In this document: positions 30,330 through 40,017 of the stretch, in pieces
How positions within the stretch are numbered: position 1 is the stretch's first letter
Layout: every line of letters starts with the position of its first letter
Source: Candidatus Zymogenaceae bacterium
GTDB lineage: Bacteria; Desulfobacterota; Zymogenia; Zymogenales; Zymogenaceae
Assembly (NCBI GenBank): GCA_016933535.1
Contig: JAFGAS010000025.1
Span: 105,145-169,144 of the forward strand
Length of the DNA stretch: 64,000 bases
Direction of reading: 5' to 3'
The notes under the pieces: model-generated
What the model saw: only the letters and a program-made list of their open reading frames with translations
What the model was told of the DNA's origin: nothing
Database searches by the model: none
Made by a program: the position numbers and the translations under genes

Positions 30330-31691
30330 ATGATTATATACTCACAGAGTAACCCTGCCCGGTTCATGCTGTCGGGGTTTCTTTTCATTATCCTATGGGG
30401 GACGTTCGTCCTGTTGCTGCCCCAGTCGACGGTCGCGGGCAGCATCCCCTTTGTGGACGCCCTGTTTACCGCCACAAGCGCCGTTTGCGTAACGGGGCTG
30501 ACCGTGGTTGATACCGGGACTACGTTTACCCTTGTGGGACAGATCGCGATACTCACGCTTATTCAGCTCGGCGGTATCGGGATCGCCTTTTTTGCTATAC
30601 TCTTCGGCTTCGTCTTTACCGGCAGGATCAACATCGGGCAAAAATCCCTCTTTTCCTCCACGATGACTCCCCACGCGCAGTGGGATATCTGGGGCGTCTT
30701 TCGAATCATCTTTACGGTCACCGTCACGGTAGAGCTGATCGGGACGATCCTCATCGCGATTCCGATGATGGGGGTCGTCGGCGATGATCCTGCGAAGGCG
30801 TTTTACTACGGCCTTTTTCACGCCGTCTCCGCCTTCTGCAACGCCGGTTTTTCACTGATTCCCGAAAATCTCATGGCGGTCAATGGGGAGCCGCTGGTTA
30901 TCATTCCGGTTATGATCCTCGTCGTGATCGGAGGTGTCGGCTTTTTCGTCATCGACGACCTGCTGCAGGTGATCAGGACCAAACGGCGCCACTCGCTCAC
31001 GCTCCATACAAAGATCGTACTGGTCACAACGACGCTGCTTACCGTCATAGGGGCGGCCGTCATCGGTCTCCTCGAGTTTCGCAATACCTTTGCCGGCGAA
31101 TCGACCGGTTTTCTCATCATGAATTCCCTCTTTGCCTCAATTATGCCGCGTACCGCCGGTTTTAATATCGTAAACATGGCCGAGATGCTTAACCCGAGCG
31201 TCTTTATTGTCATTATCCTTATGTTTATAGGGGCCTCCCCCGCCTCCACCGGCGGGGGTACAAAGACGAGCACCTTTGCGGTAATCCTATTACTGATCCG
31301 GTCTCAGTTTCAAGGCAGTGAAGCCGTATCGGCCTTTAGGAGGACAATACCCTCCGAGACGTTGCTGCAGGCGCAGATCATCATGGCGCTTTCTACCGCA
31401 CTTATTATTATCATGACGTTTCTCGTCCTCTCATTTGACCTAGTGGGGGCGCCGATAGAAATCACCGGCCGGGGGATATTCGTATCGAGCCTCTTTGAGA
31501 CGGTATCCGCCTTTGGGACGGTGGGGCTTTCGATGGGGATAACCCCCTATCTGAGTTGGGCCGGTAAATTCTTTATTACGTTGACGATGTTCATCGGCAG
31601 GGTGGGGCCGCTGACCATACTGCTGGCCCTGCAAAAACGGGCGGGGTCGGTCCACTTTGCCTACTCCGAAGAAAATCTCATGGTGGGATAG
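30330..31691 (+). CDS. trkH: TrkH/KtrB-family potassium uptake membrane protein
   Basis: Multi-TM protein with repeated GxG-containing selectivity-filter-like segments (CVTGLT, QLGGIG, TAGFN, STGGGT). Confidence 0.8.
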   Translation: MIIYSQSNPARFMLSGFLFIILWGTFVLLLPQSTVAGSIPFVDALFTATSAVCVTGLTVVDTGTTFTLVGQIAILTLIQLGGIGIAFFAILFGFVFTGRINIGQKSLFSSTMTPHAQWDIWGVFRIIFTVTVTVELIGTILIAIPMMGVVGDDPAKAFYYGLFHAVSAFCNAGFSLIPENLMAVNGEPLVIIPVMILVVIGGVGFFVIDDLLQVIRTKRRHSLTLHTKIVLVTTTLLTVIGAAVIGLLEFRNTFAGESTGFLIMNSLFASIMPRTAGFNIVNMAEMLNPSVFIVIILMFIGASPASTGGGTKTSTFAVILLLIRSQFQGSEAVSAFRRTIPSETLLQAQIIMALSTALIIIMTFLVLSFDLVGAPIEITGRGIFVSSLFETVSAFGTVGLSMGITPYLSWAGKFFITLTMFIGRVGPLTILLALQKRAGSVHFAYSEENLMVG

Positions 31692-31699
31692 GAGGGCCT

Positions 31700-32356
31700 A
31701 TGAGAAGCTTTGCGGTCATCGGGTTGGGGAAATTCGGTTTTAACGTGGCCAAGACCCTCTACGAGCTGGGCCAGGAGGTCACGGCCATCGATGAGGATAA
31801 GGAGATCGTGCAGAAGGTCCAGGAGTTTTCATCCCAGGCGGTCGTCACCGACGCCACCATGGCAGAAAACCTCCTGGCGCTGGGCGTCAACAACGTGGAC
31901 GTGGCCGTGGTCAGCATGGGCGAGAAGATGGACTCGTCTATTCTTATCGCGCTTCACCTCAAGGAAATGAAGGTGCCGGAAATCTGGGTCAAGGCCATCA
32001 ACGAGGACCACGGCAAGATCCTCAAACGCCTCGGCGTTACCGAGGTTATTCACGTGGAAAAAGAGATGGCCCAGCGGATTGCCCAAAGCCTGTCCAGACC
32101 CAATGTCATAGACTACCTGCCGATCTCGGAGGGATACAGCATCCAGGAATTCGCGGTGCCGGCGGTGTTTACCGGAAAGAGCCTGACCGAGCTTGACCTG
32201 AGGCGCAAGTACGGGGTCTTTGTGATAGCCGTCAAGGAGCTGATCCCGGAGCGGGTCGTGTTGAACCCGGAGGCGGACTTTGTCTTCAAGGACAGCGATA
32301 TCATGGTAATCCTCGGCAGCGATCTCGACCTTGATAAGCTCAAGACCGTGAAATAG
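31700..32356 (+). CDS. trkA: TrkA/KtrA NAD-binding potassium uptake regulatory subunit
   Basis: IGLGKFG Rossmann motif at the N-terminus; C-terminal TrkA-C domain; adjacent to trkH. Confidence 0.8.
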   Translation: MRSFAVIGLGKFGFNVAKTLYELGQEVTAIDEDKEIVQKVQEFSSQAVVTDATMAENLLALGVNNVDVAVVSMGEKMDSSILIALHLKEMKVPEIWVKAINEDHGKILKRLGVTEVIHVEKEMAQRIAQSLSRPNVIDYLPISEGYSIQEFAVPAVFTGKSLTELDLRRKYGVFVIAVKELIPERVVLNPEADFVFKDSDIMVILGSDLDLDKLKTVK

Positions 32357-32400
32357 GGACCTTTTTAACGACTCATAGCGGACGGCTACACTATCCCATA

Positions 32401-34572
32401 ATGGAAAAAAACGAGATCCTCAAGAGGCTCAACGACGAGCAGCGACAGGTCGTCACGAAGACTTCCGGCCCGATCCTGGTTCTGGCAGGCGCCGGCAGCG
32501 GAAAGACACGGGTTCTGACACATCGAATCGCCTACCTTGTCTCCGAGGGGGTCTCCACCGACCGGATACTGGCCGTTACCTTCACCAACAAGGCCGCACG
32601 GGAAATGAAGGAGCGGATCTCCCGACTCCTGGCGGTCGACTGTGACCTGCCCTGGATCACCACCTTTCACTCCGCCTGCCTGAAGATCCTGAGGAGACAG
32701 GCGCAGGATATCGGCTACAACCCTCGGTTTGTCATCTACGACGAATCGGATCAGGTATCGTTGATGAAGGGAGTGTTGCGCGATCTCGGAGTTACCGATA
32801 AGGCCATCACCCCCCAGACGGCCCTCTATTTCATCGAGCGGGCCAAGAACCGGCTAATCTCTCCCGAACGCTTCGAGCAGGAGGCGTCCGACCCCTTTCT
32901 TACGAAGATCGCCGGAGTATACCGGCGTTACCAGAATAATCTGAAAAAAAACGCGGCCATGGACTTTGCCGACCTTATCATGCAGACGGTACGCCTCTTT
33001 GAGGACGTTCCCCGGGTTCTGGCGGCGTATCAGGATCGATTCATCCACGTCCTTGTGGACGAATACCAGGATACCAATACCGCCCAGTACCGGCTGATTC
33101 GCCAGCTCACTGAAAAGAGGAGGAACCTCTGCGTTGTGGGAGACGACGACCAATCGATATACCGGTGGCGGGGAGCCGACCTCGGCAACATCCTCGAATT
33201 CGAGCGCGATTTTCCCGAGACGACGGTGGTGGTGCTCGGGAAGAACTACCGATCGTCCAAGAACATCCTGGCCGCCGCCGGCTCCGTGGTGCGAAACAAC
33301 ATCGGAAGAAAAGAAAAGCGGCTCTGGACCGACAACGATCAGGGAGAAAAGCTCACCTACTTCGAGGGGAGCGACGAGCATGACGAGACGCGCTACGTCA
33401 TCCGGACCATGAAGGATCTCATGGAGCATCACGGTTACCGTCCGGCAGACTTCGCCGTTTTTTTTCGGACAAACGCTCAATCGCGTATCCCGGAAGATGA
33501 ACTCATCAGGCAGGGGGTGGGATATCAGATCATTGGGGGGATGCGCTTTTATGACCGGCTGGAAATCAGGGACGTCCTGGCCTACCTGCGATCTGCCGTC
33601 GTGCCGACCGATTCGGTGAGCCTGGGTCGAATCATCAATACCCCGCCCAGGGGCATCGGGGACAAGACCATAGAGAGGATTCGGGAGCTCGCGGCGGCGC
33701 GGGGCGTTGATTTCTATCAAGCGATCGGTCTCTATCTCGAGGAGGGATCTGCCGCCCCGAAAGCGGCCAAAGGTATAGCGTCGTTGGTGGATATCCTCAC
33801 GGCCATTGGACAAGAGAAGGGGCTCGCCGCCGCCGCCGGGAGGGCCGTTCTTGATTCGGGGATGTTGGCTCACTGGCAGTCGATGAGAACCGAGGAGGCC
33901 CAGGGGAGGGTGGAAAACCTCGAGGAGTTTCTGTCGGCGGTCACCGAATATGAACAGGCCAATCCCGATAGCGGCGTCGCTGATTTCCTGGATCAGGTGG
34001 CCCTTGTCTCCGATGTGGACGCGATGGATAGCGCGGCGGGCGCGGTGTCGCTCTTGACCCTTCACAGCGCCAAGGGCCTCGAGTTTCCGGTGGTCTTCAT
34101 GGTGGGGATGGAGGAGGGACTATTTCCTCACCAGCGGTCGATGGACTCGGCCGAGGACATCGAGGAGGAGCGCCGTCTCTGCTACGTCGGGATGACCAGG
34201 GCCAAGGAACGGCTTGTGATGACGTCGGCCAGGAGCCGTACGGTCTTTGGACAAAACCGAATCTGCGCCCCCTCCCGTTTTATACGCGAGATAGACGCCG
34301 CGTATATCACGATGGAAAAGAAACTCGCTCACCTGGACACCGGACATCGCCTGGACAGGGCATACGCTCAACGGGAGCCGGAAACGGACGACTATTTTAG
34401 CGACGACGTTCAGCCTTTTCGGCCGGGAGTCCGCATCCGTCATCCCGAGTTCGGTATTGGAGTGATCAAGGGGGTGGAGGAATCGGGGGAGAGGTATAAA
34501 CTCTCTGTGCTCTTTTCCGGTGTAGGGCTCAAACGGATTATCACCGGGTACGTGCCGATCGAGCTTGTATGA
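32401..34572 (+). CDS. UvrD/PcrA-family ATP-dependent DNA helicase
   Basis: LNDEQRQVV...GAGSGKTRVLTHRIAYL Walker A motif and full SF1 helicase motif set; 723 aa. Confidence 0.85.
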   Translation: MEKNEILKRLNDEQRQVVTKTSGPILVLAGAGSGKTRVLTHRIAYLVSEGVSTDRILAVTFTNKAAREMKERISRLLAVDCDLPWITTFHSACLKILRRQAQDIGYNPRFVIYDESDQVSLMKGVLRDLGVTDKAITPQTALYFIERAKNRLISPERFEQEASDPFLTKIAGVYRRYQNNLKKNAAMDFADLIMQTVRLFEDVPRVLAAYQDRFIHVLVDEYQDTNTAQYRLIRQLTEKRRNLCVVGDDDQSIYRWRGADLGNILEFERDFPETTVVVLGKNYRSSKNILAAAGSVVRNNIGRKEKRLWTDNDQGEKLTYFEGSDEHDETRYVIRTMKDLMEHHGYRPADFAVFFRTNAQSRIPEDELIRQGVGYQIIGGMRFYDRLEIRDVLAYLRSAVVPTDSVSLGRIINTPPRGIGDKTIERIRELAAARGVDFYQAIGLYLEEGSAAPKAAKGIASLVDILTAIGQEKGLAAAAGRAVLDSGMLAHWQSMRTEEAQGRVENLEEFLSAVTEYEQANPDSGVADFLDQVALVSDVDAMDSAAGAVSLLTLHSAKGLEFPVVFMVGMEEGLFPHQRSMDSAEDIEEERRLCYVGMTRAKERLVMTSARSRTVFGQNRICAPSRFIREIDAAYITMEKKLAHLDTGHRLDRAYAQREPETDDYFSDDVQPFRPGVRIRHPEFGIGVIKGVEESGERYKLSVLFSGVGLKRIITGYVPIELV

Positions 34573-34686
34573 GAGAAACAGGTAAAAACTTTTTTATTTT
34601 GACTTTTTATGAAAAATCCCGTAACGTATGTATCAATAACGGTTTAAACGGTATCTCGCGCACCGGGCTCCTTTGAGTGACATGAA

Positions 34687-35247
34687 ATGGCAAAATTCAT
34701 CAGGGTAAACTGTCCCAGTTCTCTATGCGGGAAGGAAATTTTCCTGGATCCTACCGAGGTTCCCGCGGAAGGTAAGAGTGTTATTTGTTCCGCGTGCGGC
34801 GTATCATTCAAGATAAAACTGAGCAAGAAAAATGTCGATCGGAACGAGATCCATGAACGCGGTGCCCGGGGGCTGGTGGTGGTCATCGAGGATTCAAGGT
34901 TTGCCCGAACCCAGATAGTGGATGCCCTCGTTCAGGAGGGAATCGAGATCGTGGAGGCCGAGACCGCCGAGGAGGGGCTCGAAAAAGTCATAGAGCTCAA
35001 GCCGAAGGTTGTCATCGTCGATATCTTCTTGGGCAGCGGGAACCCCAAGGGTCTGGACGTGGTCCGTACTATCAGAAAAAGGACCGATGCCGGATTTCCC
35101 AAGGACGTCAAGATCATCATGTATACGGTGATGTCCGAGGACAAGGTGCCGCTGGCTATCAGAAAAATGGCCGACGCCTTTATCCACAAGGGCCCCACCG
35201 CCCTCTATCACCTCGTGGAAGAGGTGCTCAGGCTCCTGGCGGAGTAA
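34687..35247 (+). CDS. Single-domain response regulator receiver with N-terminal MJ0042-type zinc ribbon
   Basis: Two CxxC pairs (CPSSLCG...CSACG) followed by an REC fold with the conserved VVIVDIF phospho-Asp region; no output domain. Confidence 0.6.
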   Translation: MAKFIRVNCPSSLCGKEIFLDPTEVPAEGKSVICSACGVSFKIKLSKKNVDRNEIHERGARGLVVVIEDSRFARTQIVDALVQEGIEIVEAETAEEGLEKVIELKPKVVIVDIFLGSGNPKGLDVVRTIRKRTDAGFPKDVKIIMYTVMSEDKVPLAIRKMADAFIHKGPTALYHLVEEVLRLLAE

Positions 35248-35376
35248 CACTCCCGATAATGTTTGAGACGGTTTTATGGGCGGGAGGAGCGGGCCGACCG
35301 CCGGGCTTATTCTCTTATCGGCAGCCGATAGACCGCTTAACGGCGCCGGCGCCAACGTATATTCCGGGTCCCCCCA

Positions 35377-35805
35377 ATGACTTCCCCCGATTCCCTCCAT
35401 GAGACGATCATTCCGGTCTGTGCGGCCGCCATTATTCGAGAGGGCCGGGTCCTGGTCGGCAGGAGAAACCGATACATTGACGATTCTGGAAGGTGGGAAC
35501 TGCCGGGGGGGAAGCTTATGGCCGGCGAAGACCCGCGGGCGTGTCTTGCCCGGGAGCTTCTCGAGGAATTCGGGGTGAGGGCACAGGTCGGCGATTTGTT
35601 TGCCGTCACAAATCACCGCTACGAGCACCGACATATCCTGTTGATCGTATATCGGACGTCGGTTCCTGCCGGAGGGCTATCCTCGTCTGACCACGATCGG
35701 CTTATCTGGGCGGACCCACGACAGATGGAGAGCCTGGATTTTTTGGAGGCCGACAGACCCATTGTGAGACAGCTCATCGATGAATTGGAGCATCCACAAC
35801 CGTAA
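35377..35805 (+). CDS. NUDIX hydrolase (MutT-like)
   Basis: Nudix box GGKLMAGEDPRACLARELLEEFGV. Confidence 0.75.
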   Translation: MTSPDSLHETIIPVCAAAIIREGRVLVGRRNRYIDDSGRWELPGGKLMAGEDPRACLARELLEEFGVRAQVGDLFAVTNHRYEHRHILLIVYRTSVPAGGLSSSDHDRLIWADPRQMESLDFLEADRPIVRQLIDELEHPQP

Positions 35806-35946
35806 CGTTATGGGGAGATAGACAAAACCCGGGCGGGACTACAGGAATCCCGCCGGCCGATCGGTTGCGAACGGGAAAGCGCATGAGGGTGGAGAGCTGG
35901 TCGGACTATTTGGAGGGTATCGCCGAAACCACCCGCAGGCCGGAGG

Positions 35947-37635
35947 CTATCCGGTGTGTCTTTTTCGGGCAATTTTCTCGTTGAGAATGGTGATCTGCAT
36001 GGCCAGAGACGCGCAGTTGCAGAGAATCTGTATCTGATCGAGGTTCCTGAAGGTATTTTTTTGTTCCTCATCGTCACAATAGAGGATTGCGACCGTCTTC
36101 TCATACACACGAAATGGAATAATGAAGCAGCTCTTAGGGACGTAACCCCCCAGGAATGACTTGATGACCTCCCCCTCCTCGGGCGACAGCTTGCCGGTAT
36201 ATATCTTATTGAAGCTGACGACCTCTTCAAACGGCTTAAGTTCCAGGAATCCGATACAGTATTGGTCCTGCTTATCGTTGTATTTAAGGATATTGTCTCC
36301 CGACTCATTGGTAAATCCCCGGTAGAAACACAGTTCACCCCGCTTGAGTATGGCGATAAATCCCCGTTTCTGGTCAATCCTGAGAAAGTCGATAAGGGTA
36401 TCGGCGATAAAGGCGAAACTCTGTTTTTTCAGGAGGTCACGCGTTGTTTTCTTGAGGTACGTCAGGTCGAAGATATCCCGCTCAATCTCCTTTTCGGCGC
36501 TGCCGAGTTCGAACTTGGCGTCCATCAGCTCATTGATAAGCTGTTCCCGGATGATAGCCAATTGTTCTTTTTCGTGGTGAATCCGCTTGTTTCTCAGGAG
36601 GTTTCCCACGCAAAAGGAGAGCTCCTCGACAAACTGGTCCAGCCCCGATCGGAGCATATCCGAAGAAAGCCGTGCCTTTTCGGGCTTCTGGAGGTAGTAG
36701 CTCGATCCCAAAAAGAGGGACTTGAGCCTGATTTCGTAGTCGGCGATCGAAGTGATGACGATAACCGGTATGTGGGGATAATTTTGATTGATCTCAGAGA
36801 GGAGCTCCAGCCCTCCATAGAGCTCCGTGGGTGATGAGATCCCCGGCATAACCAGATCCATGATCAGTATAGGCGAGACGCGGGTCGGTTCCAGGGTTTT
36901 GATCCGGTCGAGGGCCTCGGTGGGATTATCGAAGCTCTCCACCCGGTAACCGAAGTTTTTGAGCCCGTCGGCGAAGATCGTGCGCATCAATTTTTCATCT
37001 TCGACAAGGATGACAATTTCCTGTGGGGTGAAAGAGGAAATGCTCCTGGTTATGTTGTCGATCGATTCTATGATCTCGTCTTTGATGTCACGATGTTCTT
37101 TGTCCGGCTTCTTATCTCGTTTCGGGGGAGCTTGTATATCCACCGAGAGAAAATCATCTTCTATCTTGGAGAAGGACTTGTCGATGTCGTCGAGGAACTT
37201 ATCGACGTCGATCATCAGGTTGATGTCCTGGTCTTTAAGCTCGCTGGCCTCAAAGCGGTAGATGCCGTCCCAGAAGACCATCGTATAGAGGGCGTCTTCC
37301 ATCAGCTCCCGGAGGTTTTCGTTGAGGACTTCCTCGGTGACCAGGCCCTGCTGGATGAGAATCTGGCCGATACGCAGGTTTTTCCCCTCGGTCTTCTGGT
37401 AGATCATGACCTTTCTGAGGTCTTTCTCGGTGATGTGCTGCTTGTCGATAAGCCGCCTGCCGAGGCGTTCGCGAAAGGTGGGGGAGTAGGCGTTGATGAT
37501 TACGCCGTCTTTGAAATAGATCGTACCGAACCCTTCCTGGGACTTGAGGGCCAGGATGCCGGTCAGGCTTTCGCCCTTGACCTCCCGGAGGATATCGGAG
37601 AGCTTGTTCTTTTCGAGGCTTCCGGAGAGTTTCAT
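35947..37635 (-). CDS. Multidomain response regulator: N-terminal DUF4388-like domain, central receiver domain, C-terminal GAF-like domain; no DNA-binding output domain
   Basis: Central IVILVEDEKLMR...ILIMDLVMPG receiver motifs; N-terminal LSDILREV...GILAL pattern seen in DUF4388; no SD upstream of the ATG. Confidence 0.5.
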   Translation of the reverse strand: MKLSGSLEKNKLSDILREVKGESLTGILALKSQEGFGTIYFKDGVIINAYSPTFRERLGRRLIDKQHITEKDLRKVMIYQKTEGKNLRIGQILIQQGLVTEEVLNENLRELMEDALYTMVFWDGIYRFEASELKDQDINLMIDVDKFLDDIDKSFSKIEDDFLSVDIQAPPKRDKKPDKEHRDIKDEIIESIDNITRSISSFTPQEIVILVEDEKLMRTIFADGLKNFGYRVESFDNPTEALDRIKTLEPTRVSPILIMDLVMPGISSPTELYGGLELLSEINQNYPHIPVIVITSIADYEIRLKSLFLGSSYYLQKPEKARLSSDMLRSGLDQFVEELSFCVGNLLRNKRIHHEKEQLAIIREQLINELMDAKFELGSAEKEIERDIFDLTYLKKTTRDLLKKQSFAFIADTLIDFLRIDQKRGFIAILKRGELCFYRGFTNESGDNILKYNDKQDQYCIGFLELKPFEEVVSFNKIYTGKLSPEEGEVIKSFLGGYVPKSCFIIPFRVYEKTVAILYCDDEEQKNTFRNLDQIQILCNCASLAMQITILNEKIARKRHTG

Positions 37636-38117
37636 AAAATCAGTGGGCCATAATCCATCTTCAGATCAGTGGATCAAATGGATCAAAGTAATCTGAAAAT
37701 TAGGTAATGAGATAGAATATGCGACATTATAAATTATAAGGAGTGATGAGGCAATAAAATAATTCATATTATAGAAGATATACAATATTATACTGTCATC
37801 TTTAGCGCTGCGCGTTTCGCCGTATTCCTTCCGATGCGTCTTGCGCCGGGGCGGCAGGGGCACGTTGGGTCAAAAGCCTCACTTATCACGCAATATGAAA
37901 AGGACCGGGCCCTTATCGTATAAAAGCCCGGTCGCGGTATCCCTCATGTTAAGATGGCCCTGCGGTTACGTCGGCATCGCGGGACGAATGCATATTGACC
38001 CCGACGACGGTGCGTACCCCCTTGTCATTATGGATACGGAGTAGAAATATAATGCCCTTCCTTTCTTGTAGATAATGGGGCATCCTGTATAAATCAATCA
38101 TGAGTGGATCCTTGCCA

Positions 38118-38164
38118 CACGGTTGATTTTTTTCTTGACAGGAAAATATCAACCGTGGTAGAGT
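38118..38164 (+). promoter_or_regulatory. Sigma-70 promoter of the rnf operon (TTGACA-N18-TAGAGT) bracketed by a perfect 10-bp inverted repeat (cacggttgat / atcaaccgtg) flanking the -35 element
   Basis: All elements read directly from the sequence; the IR arms lie 7 nt either side of the -35 hexamer. Confidence 0.45.
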
Positions 38165-38172
38165 GCGGTGCA

Positions 38173-38192
38173 ATGAATGAATAGTCATTCAT
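38173..38192 (+). promoter_or_regulatory. Operator-like palindrome atgaatga-atag-tcattcat at the predicted transcription start of the rnf operon
   Basis: 8-bp perfect arms with a 4-nt centre, beginning about 9 nt after the -10 hexamer. Confidence 0.3.
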
Positions 38193-38231
38193 ATTGGTCG
38201 TGTTGGTCGGTAATCCGAATCGCGGCAGTTG

Positions 38232-38260
38232 CTTTGCGGAGAGGGCAAAGTGGTTTTTTT
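38232..38260 (+). terminator. Attenuator-like stem (ctttgc/gcaaag) followed by a T7 tract within the roughly 245-nt rnf leader
   Basis: Short stem plus tggttttttt read directly; further GC stems at 38303-38333 and 38353-38380. Confidence 0.3.
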
Positions 38261-38416
38261 AGTCACGGTCCGGCGTGGGGGGAAAGGGGGCTTAGAACGC
38301 CGCCTTCCTGCTTCACCGGTCGCGGCAGGAAGGACGAAACGGATAGCCGAACGCCCGGATGGGAGACAAGGGCGATCCGGGAATCCGTACGATAACCGAA
38401 AACGGTTCAAAAAACT

Positions 38417-38998
38417 ATGCGTGAACTGATCCTGCTGATCATCAGCGCCGTCCTCGTCAATAACTTCGTTCTGGCGCGCTTTCTGGGGATATGTCCCTTT
38501 CTGGGGGTCTCAAAAAAAACGGAGACCGCCGTCGGCATGGGAATGGCCGTCATTTTCGTGATGACCCTCTCGTCGCTGTTCACCTGGCTCGCCTATACGT
38601 ATTTGCTGGCGCCGTTTCATATTGAGTACCTTCAGACCATTGTCTTCATCCTGATCATCGCCGCCTTTGTCCAGCTTGTGGAGATGTTCATCCAGAAGGC
38701 GAGCCCGGCCCTCTACCAGGCCTTGGGGATATACCTTCCCCTTATCACGACAAACTGTGCGGTCCTCGGTGTGGCCGTAATCAATATCCAGACGACCCAC
38801 AATTTCTGGGAGTCGGTGCTTTTCGGATTCGGGGCAGCCGTGGGGTTTGCACTGGCGCTGGTCCTCTTTGCGGGGATCAGGGAGCGGTTGGAGCTTTCCG
38901 ACATACCCCGGCCGCTCCAGGGAACGGCCATTGCCCTGATCACGGCTGGGATTCTGGCTCTGGCGTTTATGGGATTCACCGGATTGGTAAAAATGTGA
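38417..38998 (+). CDS. rnfA: Rnf/Rsx electron transport complex subunit A
   Basis: 193-aa polytopic membrane protein with the RnfA/NqrE family pattern. Confidence 0.9.
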   Translation: MRELILLIISAVLVNNFVLARFLGICPFLGVSKKTETAVGMGMAVIFVMTLSSLFTWLAYTYLLAPFHIEYLQTIVFILIIAAFVQLVEMFIQKASPALYQALGIYLPLITTNCAVLGVAVINIQTTHNFWESVLFGFGAAVGFALALVLFAGIRERLELSDIPRPLQGTAIALITAGILALAFMGFTGLVKM

Positions 38999-39006
38999 CG
39001 TGACGT

Positions 39007-40014
39007 ATGTTTGAGTCAATTATCGTACTGGCCGGACTCGGTCTGTTATCGGCGCTCGGGCTCGGTATCGCCTCCCGGGCCTTCCACGTTGACACCGACC
39101 AGCGCATTCAGACAATCGCCGGTCTCCTGCCCGGCGCAAACTGCGGCGCCTGCGGCTTTCCGGGCTGCAACGGTCTGGCCAATGCCATCGTCTCCGGCAA
39201 CGGGAAGATCGAAGCCTGCTCCGCGGTAAGCGATGAGAACCGCAAGGAGATAGCCCGGCTCATGGGGATGGAGGCCGCCGAGACCGTCAAACGGGTCGCG
39301 GTGATCCACTGCAACTTCCCGGCCGGCGGTGTTGGAAACAAGTTCGAATATCTCGGTGTTACGGACTGCCGGGCGGCAAACCTTGTGGCCGGCGGCCCGA
39401 AACAATGTGTCTATGCCTGTATAGGGCTGGGCACCTGCAAAAGTGTCTGCCCGTTTGACGCGGTTACCATGGGCGATTCGGGCCTGCCGGTTATCGACCC
39501 GGAAAAGTGTGTTGCCTGCGGAAAATGTGTGGAGGCCTGTCCGAAGAAAATAATTGATCTTGTCCCGGTTTCCCGGATGGTCCAGGTCCTCTGCTCCTCG
39601 CGCGACAAGGGGGCCCGGGTCAAAAAAGTGTGCAGCGTCGGTTGCATTAACTGTATGCTCTGTGAGCGGGTCTGCCCGTTTGAGGCCATACACGTAATCG
39701 ATAATATCGCCCGCATCGATTACGAAAAATGCCGGGTATGCGGGCTCTGTCTGCGCGAGTGTCCCACGGGAACGATTGCCAACCTGAGGGGATGGGAGGT
39801 CGTGGCCGAAATCGGGGAGAGCTGCAACGGCTGTACGCTCTGCGCCCGGGCCTGCCCGGTCGACACCATCTCGGGGACGGCTAAAGAACGACACATCGTA
39901 GACCCCGAGCGCTGCATCGGGTGTGGGATCTGTGTCGATCAATGCAAGCGGGATGCCGTTACCCTTGTCAAAAAAACGGCCGCGGTCCGCAAAGCGGCCG
40001 CCGCCGGAGAATAG
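39007..40014 (+). CDS. rnfB: Rnf complex subunit B (extended form with additional 4Fe-4S ferredoxin domains)
   Basis: N-terminal TM helix, CGACGFPGC motif, then multiple CxxCxxCxxxCP ferredoxin clusters. Confidence 0.9.
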   Translation: MFESIIVLAGLGLLSALGLGIASRAFHVDTDQRIQTIAGLLPGANCGACGFPGCNGLANAIVSGNGKIEACSAVSDENRKEIARLMGMEAAETVKRVAVIHCNFPAGGVGNKFEYLGVTDCRAANLVAGGPKQCVYACIGLGTCKSVCPFDAVTMGDSGLPVIDPEKCVACGKCVEACPKKIIDLVPVSRMVQVLCSSRDKGARVKKVCSVGCINCMLCERVCPFEAIHVIDNIARIDYEKCRVCGLCLRECPTGTIANLRGWEVVAEIGESCNGCTLCARACPVDTISGTAKERHIVDPERCIGCGICVDQCKRDAVTLVKKTAAVRKAAAAGE

Positions 40015-40017
40015 TCG

